This document shows, piece after piece, positions 57,798 to 64,000 of a stretch of DNA of 64,000 bases. Position numbers and translations under genes: made by a program. The notes beneath the pieces are model-generated. The model had not been told where the DNA came from. It saw only the letters and a program-made list of their open reading frames with translations, and did no database searches. How positions within the stretch are numbered: the stretch's first letter is position 1; each line of letters starts with the position of its first letter. The DNA is from Candidatus Bathyarchaeota archaeon (GTDB lineage Archaea > Thermoproteota > Bathyarchaeia > Hecatellales > Hecatellaceae), in NCBI GenBank assembly GCA_052246995.1, contig JBQPWD010000006.1, positions 64,001-128,000 of the forward strand, written 5' to 3'.

Positions 57798-59474
57798 TTA
57801 AGTTTTAGATTGAGGAATAAGCTTAAAAGCTCTTTTAACACGGTTTGAAGCATCAAGCTTCCTATTAACCACTAATTTTTGCAGTTTAATTGTGGTTAAA
57901 CTTGTGGTTAGGGCTATTGTTAAAATCATGAAAAAGCCTGATGCTACAGTTAAAATGGTTGGTGAAAATATTTCACCTAGGGCTAGTAGAATTATGCTGG
58001 TTAGCCATGTAAACAGAATTGGTTTAAGCTTATTTTGTTTTAGTTGAAGGTTACTATGGTATTTTCTTAAAACCAGTGTTATAACCAGGGTTATTGGGGT
58101 GAAGTATATCAAGCCTACCAAGATACCTGTAACAAGTCCAGCCATAAATATTCCAATTTCACCATTAAAGCTAAACACTGTATAAGTTAAGGTTGCAGTA
58201 TAAAGTATCCATAAAAGTGGGTAGAGTATAACTTGCACTACAGGTTTTAGTGTAGGATATGTCCAGATTAGGTTGGCAACGTAAGGACTCCAAGCATAAT
58301 ACCACGCATTAAACAGCTTCATAAACTGGCTTCCAGCGTAGGTTTTGTAGACTATTGTTTCCCTAAAACCTCTAAGACACTGTACTTGTGGCGCTAATTC
58401 TGATTCGTATGTTGCTGTTGCAACTATACATCTTTTTTCCACAGCCTCAAATGTTAACTCCTGGCTTTCACTAGCCTCATATTTTTCATCTCCTTTCCAG
58501 CTAGCTTTAACCTTCCACGTTCCACCAGCATCAGGCGTGATTGTATCCGTGAAAACCCCATTTAAATTTGTGGTTGAAATGTGGATTATTTTTACTCCTC
58601 CAGCTTTAATGTATGTTAATGTTACCTCTACACCTGCAAGTGGTGGTGTAATCTTACCTTCTATGGTAAGCTTTTTTCCAACATCAACTTCCCTGGGTAA
58701 TGGTGAAATTTCTAGGCTAGTAGAAATTTTAGCAGCTGTAAATGTTACGCTTTTGCTTGTAGCTCCATCATAAACAGAATCCCCAAGCCAGCTTGCGTAA
58801 ACTTCCCATACACCGCTTAAGTTAGGCTTAAAAACATCAGAAAAAATTCCATCAGATGTTGTTATGACTTTATGAGTAGCCTCTACTTTACCTGTTCTAG
58901 CATATGTTATTGTGACTTCAACATTCACACGTGGAGGCTCTATTTTACCAGTTATGAAAACTTCTTCACCAATTTTAACTTTTAAAGGTGAAGCTAAAAC
59001 TGTGATGGTGCTTGCAGGCTTCCCGACACTTACTATGAAAGAAACCGTATTAGATATTTTTGTTAGATTTGTTACACTTCTTTGACACCAAATTTTAAGA
59101 GTAAAGTTTCCAATTTTTTCAGGTGTCCACATTATGCCAGCCGTATAAGTCTTACCAGCTGGAACTGTAAGCAGTATTAGGTTTTTAAAGATGATGCCTC
59201 GAGCATCCTCAATTTGAACTATAAAAGCACAATCTACATCCTTGCTACTTAAATTTGTTAAATTTGAGGAAATTAGTGTAGGTGAATCTACCGTCAACTT
59301 TGTAACTGGTTTACCAGCTGTAGAAAGAAAGAAGGGTTCAGATACAAGTATTAGTGCACCATTAACAGCTTCCTGCTTAGCATAAACTGTTGAAACATTT
59401 AATACTAATGCAAAACTTGAAAACATCAAAACCACAGTTAAAACTACAATAGAAAAACAGTTAAACTTCAACAT
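57798..59474 (-). CDS. Cell-surface protein with Ig-like repeats and CFI-box-CTERM domain
   Basis: Signal peptide, two G.I.PP...G.F.D...P...G.W.V.ASW.GD..Y repeats, CIVATATYESELAPQVQ.LR.FR, FNAWYY..SP, C-terminal TM helices. Confidence 0.88.
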   Translation of the reverse strand: MLKFNCFSIVVLTVVLMFSSFALVLNVSTVYAKQEAVNGALILVSEPFFLSTAGKPVTKLTVDSPTLISSNLTNLSSKDVDCAFIVQIEDARGIIFKNLILLTVPAGKTYTAGIMWTPEKIGNFTLKIWCQRSVTNLTKISNTVSFIVSVGKPASTITVLASPLKVKIGEEVFITGKIEPPRVNVEVTITYARTGKVEATHKVITTSDGIFSDVFKPNLSGVWEVYASWLGDSVYDGATSKSVTFTAAKISTSLEISPLPREVDVGKKLTIEGKITPPLAGVEVTLTYIKAGGVKIIHISTTNLNGVFTDTITPDAGGTWKVKASWKGDEKYEASESQELTFEAVEKRCIVATATYESELAPQVQCLRGFRETIVYKTYAGSQFMKLFNAWYYAWSPYVANLIWTYPTLKPVVQVILYPLLWILYTATLTYTVFSFNGEIGIFMAGLVTGILVGLIYFTPITLVITLVLRKYHSNLQLKQNKLKPILFTWLTSIILLALGEIFSPTILTVASGFFMILTIALTTSLTTIKLQKLVVNRKLDASNRVKRAFKLIPQSKT

Positions 59475-59660
59475 TTTTACTAAACTTCCTAGGTAACCCC
59501 TTTAACCCTAAGCTAAGGTTGCACGCTTATTTAAAATTAATCATCAACATTAAAGTATACTTGTAAAGGTTAAAAATAGAAGTAAACAACTTTAAAGGAA
59601 AACGCTACGTTTTAATTTAAATGTTCAGGGAAATCTGGCAACTTTGGAGGTTCTTCTTTT

Positions 59661-60182
59661 ATGATACTTTCAGATAGAGAATTGGAAGAATACATTAAAA
59701 AGGGAATTTTGGTTGTAAAACCGTTAAGTAAGGAAACTATACGTGAAAACGGTCTAGATTTACGTTTAGGTGAAAACTTTGCAACAACAAAAAGTTTAAG
59801 GGAAACGTTAAACATCAGAGGAAAGGTAAATGTTGAAGACTATTATAAGGTTAGAAAGGCTAAAAGTTTTATTTTAAAACCCAATAGAAGGATTTTGGTT
59901 TCAACATTGGAGTATATTGAAGTTCCACCAAATCTTGTTGGATTTATAAATTTGCGTTCAACTTTTGCAAGGTTAGGCTTGATTCTTCCACCAACAATTG
60001 TTGATGGAGGGTTTAAGGGAAATTTAACAGTAGGACTTGTAGGTGGAAGTTTTCCAGTAAAACTTTATGCTGGTGAAAGATTTTTACATCTTGTTTTTGC
60101 TAAGTTAGCCTCACCAGTTAAAAAGTTGTATAGGGGGAAGTATCAGGGACAAAGAGGAGTAACTCTTCCAAGATTTGATTAA
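59661..60182 (+). CDS. dcd: dCTP deaminase
   Basis: MILSD, ENGLDLR, TLE, RSTFARLG, VDGGFKG, YRGKYQGQ. Confidence 0.95.
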   Translation: MILSDRELEEYIKKGILVVKPLSKETIRENGLDLRLGENFATTKSLRETLNIRGKVNVEDYYKVRKAKSFILKPNRRILVSTLEYIEVPPNLVGFINLRSTFARLGLILPPTIVDGGFKGNLTVGLVGGSFPVKLYAGERFLHLVFAKLASPVKKLYRGKYQGQRGVTLPRFD

Positions 60183-60187
60183 AAGTT

Positions 60188-60802
60188 TTAGATATATGGC
60201 TTAAAAGCTTCAAAGCAAAAAATCTCTTCAAAATCAAACTTCTCTTTACCAACAATGTTAACAGTAAAACCTTTTTTAGTAAACATTTTAAATGTTTTTT
60301 TAACATTTGAGAGAGATGATTGAACCATTATAACTTTACCATTCCTTTCCAAAAATTTTTCAACATCAACAATAAATCTATCAATAACTCTTCTTCCGTT
60401 AAAACCACCATTCCAAGCTTTTTCTAACCAGCCTCCAATTCTCTCACTTTTTTTAACTGGAAGATATGGTGGATTAAATACTATCAGGTTGAACTTTTCA
60501 TTTTGTTTTACTGGTTTGAATAGATTTCCAAGTCTAGCTTCAACTTTACCTTCTAAACCATTTAACCTTGCATTTTCCAATGTTAACTGAACCGCGTAAG
60601 GGTTAATATCAACGGCAACAACTTTAGAGGCTTTTTTAGCTGCAACCAAGCTTACAATACCACAACCACACCCAACCTCTAAAACAACATCACCATCTTT
60701 AACATTAAGGTTTTTTATCAATAGAAAAGTATCCTCTGAAGGTTTGTAAACTTTATCCGAAATCTTAACTTTAAAACCTTCAAACTCCAAAAATCTATCC
60801 AA
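60188..60802 (-). CDS. HemK2/Mtq2-family release-factor glutamine methyltransferase
   Basis: VYKPSEDT, EVGCGCG, DINP, FNPPYLP, GG..GR. TTG at 60802 directly follows the rsmA stop. Confidence 0.92.
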   Translation of the reverse strand: MDRFLEFEGFKVKISDKVYKPSEDTFLLIKNLNVKDGDVVLEVGCGCGIVSLVAAKKASKVVAVDINPYAVQLTLENARLNGLEGKVEARLGNLFKPVKQNEKFNLIVFNPPYLPVKKSERIGGWLEKAWNGGFNGRRVIDRFIVDVEKFLERNGKVIMVQSSLSNVKKTFKMFTKKGFTVNIVGKEKFDFEEIFCFEAFKPYI

Positions 60803-60803
60803 T

Positions 60804-61643
60804 TTAGGTTTCCACCTTTTCAGCAAATTTTTGATGAAAAATATTTGAAATTTCACAGATTTCTTCAGGTTTAAGCGTAAAAACCTTTCTTTCAAGGTAG
60901 GGTAAACTGGGAATGATGTTTTTAATCCAGTTAAAACCATTATAATTGGAAAATATTCTTAATGCGTTTTTAAGTTTCTTGTTTCTTTGAGTAAAAAGAA
61001 CATTTACTGTTTGCTTAAACATACTCCAACTTTCAATATTTAACGGTGGCTCCTTCTTAGGTACCACCTTCACAACTATTGAGGAAACCTCAGGTTTTGG
61101 ATAGAAGGAGGAGGCTGAAACTTCTTCTAAAAATTCAACTTCACATTTAACATAAGCCATAACAGTAAGCCTACTATAATCCTTTTCCCCAGGTTTTGCT
61201 TTAAGTCTTAAAGCAAACTCTTTTTGTAGTAGTAGTAATGCTACCTCAAACCCTTCCTCCAGAATTTTAAAAAATATTCTTGAAATTTCAGAGTATGGTG
61301 GACTTGAAACAACCTTGTTGTATAAACCTTTAAAGTTTAATTTACAAAAATCACCAAAAACAACCTCAACATTATCTTTTCCAGAAAACTTTTCTTTAAG
61401 AAAATTGTAAAGTTTTGGGTCTAACTCTACACAAATAACTTTACCAGCCTTTTTAGCTAAAATTTCGGTTAAAAAACCAAAACCTGCTCCAACATCAACA
61501 ACAACATCATCACCTTTTACTCCAGCGTATTCCACCATTCTCTCCATTAAACCTTTATCTACAAGAAAATTTTGTCCAAACCTTTTTTTTGGCTTTAACC
61601 TACAGCTTATAATAAGCTGTTTAACATCAAATTTTAAACTCAT
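60804..61643 (-). CDS. rsmA: 16S rRNA adenine dimethyltransferase
   Basis: GQNFL, GAGFG.LT, ELD, S.PY, LQKEFA.RL, YSRL, FYPKPEV.S. Confidence 0.95.
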   Translation of the reverse strand: MSLKFDVKQLIISCRLKPKKRFGQNFLVDKGLMERMVEYAGVKGDDVVVDVGAGFGFLTEILAKKAGKVICVELDPKLYNFLKEKFSGKDNVEVVFGDFCKLNFKGLYNKVVSSPPYSEISRIFFKILEEGFEVALLLLQKEFALRLKAKPGEKDYSRLTVMAYVKCEVEFLEEVSASSFYPKPEVSSIVVKVVPKKEPPLNIESWSMFKQTVNVLFTQRNKKLKNALRIFSNYNGFNWIKNIIPSLPYLERKVFTLKPEEICEISNIFHQKFAEKVET

Positions 61644-61650
61644 ACCTCAA

Positions 61651-62205
61651 TTAAACATGACGTGTAAATATTTTATATTTTTGGCTTGAGGTTAACTCTT
61701 CAACAATTCTTTTAGATATAACCTTTACAGGATCGGGTATACCTGCTCTTTTTCGAATATCCTCAAAACTTTTGAACGGTTCCCTTTCCCTTTCATTTAT
61801 AATTTGCCACATATGTTTTTTACCTACTCCGGGTAGAAGCTCAAAAACATGCATTCTCGGGGAAATAGGTTGGGCTTTATTAAAAAATTCAACAAACCTT
61901 TTCTCGTTAGATTTAACAATGTTTTCAATAACTATTGGCAGTTCAGCTTTAGCTGTAGGGGTGAGGTCTTCATAGGATATTCTTCCAATAACATGGTTAA
62001 CTTTATCCCTATTCTCCTTACCAATATAAACCTTTTCATGGAGAGTTACAGATACACCAGGCTTTAATGTTGCTTCCAAGAGAGTGAAAAACTCCTCGCC
62101 TACAATTTGTACTAAAGGTTCTCTCCTAATGTTTTTAGCAACCGGTTTACCTTCTGGAAGAAAATCCAGTATATATGCTACTTCTTCGTAACGCTTCTTC
62201 TCCAT
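61651..62205 (-). CDS. DUF655 family putative nucleic-acid-binding protein
   Basis: EEVAYILDFLP.G, GEEFFTLLE, FFN.AQPI..RMH..ELLPGVGKK, FKSFEDI..R. ATG at 62205. Confidence 0.92.
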   Translation of the reverse strand: MEKKRYEEVAYILDFLPEGKPVAKNIRREPLVQIVGEEFFTLLEATLKPGVSVTLHEKVYIGKENRDKVNHVIGRISYEDLTPTAKAELPIVIENIVKSNEKRFVEFFNKAQPISPRMHVFELLPGVGKKHMWQIINEREREPFKSFEDIRKRAGIPDPVKVISKRIVEELTSSQKYKIFTRHV

Positions 62206-62396
62206 TATAGGTTTCCTCTTACTCTTTCCTCTAAAAGAGGAAATGTAAAGCAAGCATATAAAGGATATTACCAAAAGGTTTAAATAAAACTTTTACAGCT
62301 AGGTTAGCTGTAACTTCTTCAAAAAAATTGTAAAAAACATAAACACTAATTTTTTAAGTTAGGGGGTAAATATCTGTTTCAACAGGTTAAAGGGGG

Positions 62397-63062
62397 ATGT
62401 TGGTGGTTTTTCCAAGTGAAAGTGCTGAACAGTTAAGAAGAAGACTTCTTGAAACTTGTCAAGACCATTTTAGAAAGGTTTTAGATATACTTCGCGAGGT
62501 ACGATTGATGATTTCGGCATACCAAACCAACAACGAAAATGAGGTGTACAACCATCATAACAACATTCTTAAACTTAACGAGGAAAGTTCTAAAAAGAAA
62601 AAAGATATCATAGTTGAGGTTGCAGAGGTTGGAGCAGTTCTCTTGAGTAAAGATGACTTTGTAAGGCTGTTATCACACGTTGAAACAATCTCAGATTATT
62701 GCACAGGAATATCACATAGAATGGTTGAACTTGTAAAAAGAAGGTGGAAGGTTAAAAATGAGATTATGAAAAGTGTGGAAGATTTATGTGAGGCTACACT
62801 TAACTGTGTAACAAAACTTAGAGAGGCAATTATCGCCTTAATTTACGGGGGACCTAAAGTTTTTGAGGTTGTAGAGCAGGTTGACGCTGCTGAGAAAAAT
62901 GTTGACAACATTTATCGAAAAGTTGACATCATGATTTTGGCCAGTCGTATGAAGCTTCCTGTAATGTTTATAATCAGAGAAATTGCAGAATTTCTTGAGG
63001 GTATAGCGGATGTTTGTGAGGACACAGGCGACATTGTAAGAATTTTGGCAATAACAACTTAA
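62397..63062 (+). CDS. DUF47 / PhoU-like helical protein
   Basis: All-helical, E...D..YR and E.IAD.CED..D motifs. Confidence 0.85.
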   Translation: MLVVFPSESAEQLRRRLLETCQDHFRKVLDILREVRLMISAYQTNNENEVYNHHNNILKLNEESSKKKKDIIVEVAEVGAVLLSKDDFVRLLSHVETISDYCTGISHRMVELVKRRWKVKNEIMKSVEDLCEATLNCVTKLREAIIALIYGGPKVFEVVEQVDAAEKNVDNIYRKVDIMILASRMKLPVMFIIREIAEFLEGIADVCEDTGDIVRILAITT

Positions 63063-63073
63063 AGTTGTAAGTT

Positions 63074-63625
63074 ATGAGTGAAAAAATCGAGGCAAATCTT
63101 GTTGAAAACAAGATTGTTGTTTGGGATGCTAAAAAAGGTAGCGAGCTTTACAAGCTTGGATACTATGGTAAACCGTTAGGTATACCTAAACCCAAAACAC
63201 CAGACTTTAACGTACCTTTAATTTTAGACCTTTTTGAGGGTTTATATCTTAAAGAAAAGGGTTTAATTACAATTTACGAGGATGATAAAGAGTTAAATAA
63301 AAGAGAGCTTGTTAAGAAAGCCAAAAAAACTTACAAAAATTTTCTCCTAAAATACCTTGTGTATAAGGACCTTAGGGATAGAAACCTTGTTGTCCAATCT
63401 GGAATAAAATTTGGATGTGATTTTGCTGTTTACGAACATGGACCTGGCGTAGAGCATGCGCCATACCTTATTCAAGTAAAAAGAGATGTAGAAAACTTGG
63501 ATGCAACAGAGGTTGTTAGGGCTGGTAGGCTTGCAACAACTGTAAGAAAAAGGTTTATTATAGCAGTACCCCAACCTAAAACAGGAAAAGTAGAATATTT
63601 GATGTTTAAGTGGTGGAAAGCATAG
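63074..63625 (+). CDS. endA: tRNA-intron endonuclease, catalytic subunit
   Basis: YLVYKDLR.R, GIKFG.DF.VY..GPG..HAPY, R.A..VRK (Tyr/His/Lys triad). Confidence 0.95.
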   Translation: MSEKIEANLVENKIVVWDAKKGSELYKLGYYGKPLGIPKPKTPDFNVPLILDLFEGLYLKEKGLITIYEDDKELNKRELVKKAKKTYKNFLLKYLVYKDLRDRNLVVQSGIKFGCDFAVYEHGPGVEHAPYLIQVKRDVENLDATEVVRAGRLATTVRKRFIIAVPQPKTGKVEYLMFKWWKA

Positions 63626-63805
63626 TAAAATGTTTCCCAGAAGTTTTTAGAAGTATTTAACCTTAGTCAAGAAGTCTAGGTTTAACATAAGCCAGTTTTT
63701 AAGTTAGAGGAAGGTGAAAACTCGTAGGAAAGTAAAAAATTGAGGTAAGATTGTCTTTCTTAAGAATATTATAAAAATTTTAAAACCTCTGGTGAAAGCT
63801 TAACC

Positions 63806-64000
63806 ATGAAGAATATAAGTTTTAGAAGAAGAAAATGTGAAGTTAAATTTTTAAATCCAAATTTAAACTTTACCCTAGATACTCAGCCAGTTGAGTTTAG
63901 GAGAGAACCGTTAACGGGTAAATGGACTTGTAGGTTAAATCTTAAGAGAGCTTTAAGGGTTAAACAGGTAGTAAAGGAAAGTTCTAAAGAAAGTTTTTTT
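63806..64000 (+). CDS. GalT-like (nucleotidyltransferase/HIT superfamily) protein, partial (runs off window end)
   Basis: Manual translation MKNISFRRRKCEVKFLNPNLNFTLDTQPVEFRREPLTGKW...R. The E.R..PLTG.W...R motif is typical of GalT-family N-termini. Confidence 0.6.
   Translation, partial: MKNISFRRRKCEVKFLNPNLNFTLDTQPVEFRREPLTGKWTCRLNLKRALRVKQVVKESSKESFF

Noticed and set aside
60803-60940. N-terminal extension of the HemK2 methyltransferase in the ORF track
   Set aside because: It overlaps rsmA by more than 130 bp. Family similarity starts after the TTG at 60802.
1232-63574. Numerous 60-140 aa ORFs in the track that lie antisense or out of frame inside larger genes (e.g. 1232..1462, 6337..6699, 24836..25255, 30575..30883, 53723..54112)
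   Set aside because: They are fully overlapped by well-supported genes and show the Ser/Leu/Phe/Thr-rich composition typical of antisense shadows, with no motifs.

Overview
AT-rich archaeal chromosomal window with mostly core genes. Archaeal origin is shown by Alba, FEN1, RpoL, Csl4, Dph2, L10e, CDC48, tRNA-intron endonuclease and an intron-containing tRNA. A TACK lineage such as Bathyarchaeia is a plausible but unproven source, inferred from the CFI-box-CTERM protein and the anaerobic gene set. Housekeeping content includes lig, argH-carAB, pdxST, trmI, EndoQ, thiolase, pdaD, dcd, rsmA and endA. Best candidate for an undescribed system: a complete six-gene Ech-type (group 4) membrane [NiFe]-hydrogenase operon (29690-36159) whose EchD subunit is fused to a full GltD/NfnB-like flavin NAD(P)H oxidoreductase, with a perfect palindrome in its promoter. 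Other notable items: (1) a soluble TfrAB-like fumarate reductase (SdhB fused to two CCG domains); (2) a lipS2-lipS1-gcvH-lplA cluster directly followed by the sulfide-dependent homocysteine operon; (3) a candidate operator (CTTTC-N7-GAAAG, paired at 20-bp period) linking an ArsR-type regulator to cdc48; (4) a 68-nt near-identical tract shared by the two CDC48 Walker A regions; (5) two genes apparently starting at ACG or ATA; (6) two genes broken by single lesions; (7) a decayed ATPase remnant next to tRNA-Thr. No CRISPR array, transposase or integrase was seen. All calls come from motif recognition by eye, without database searches.
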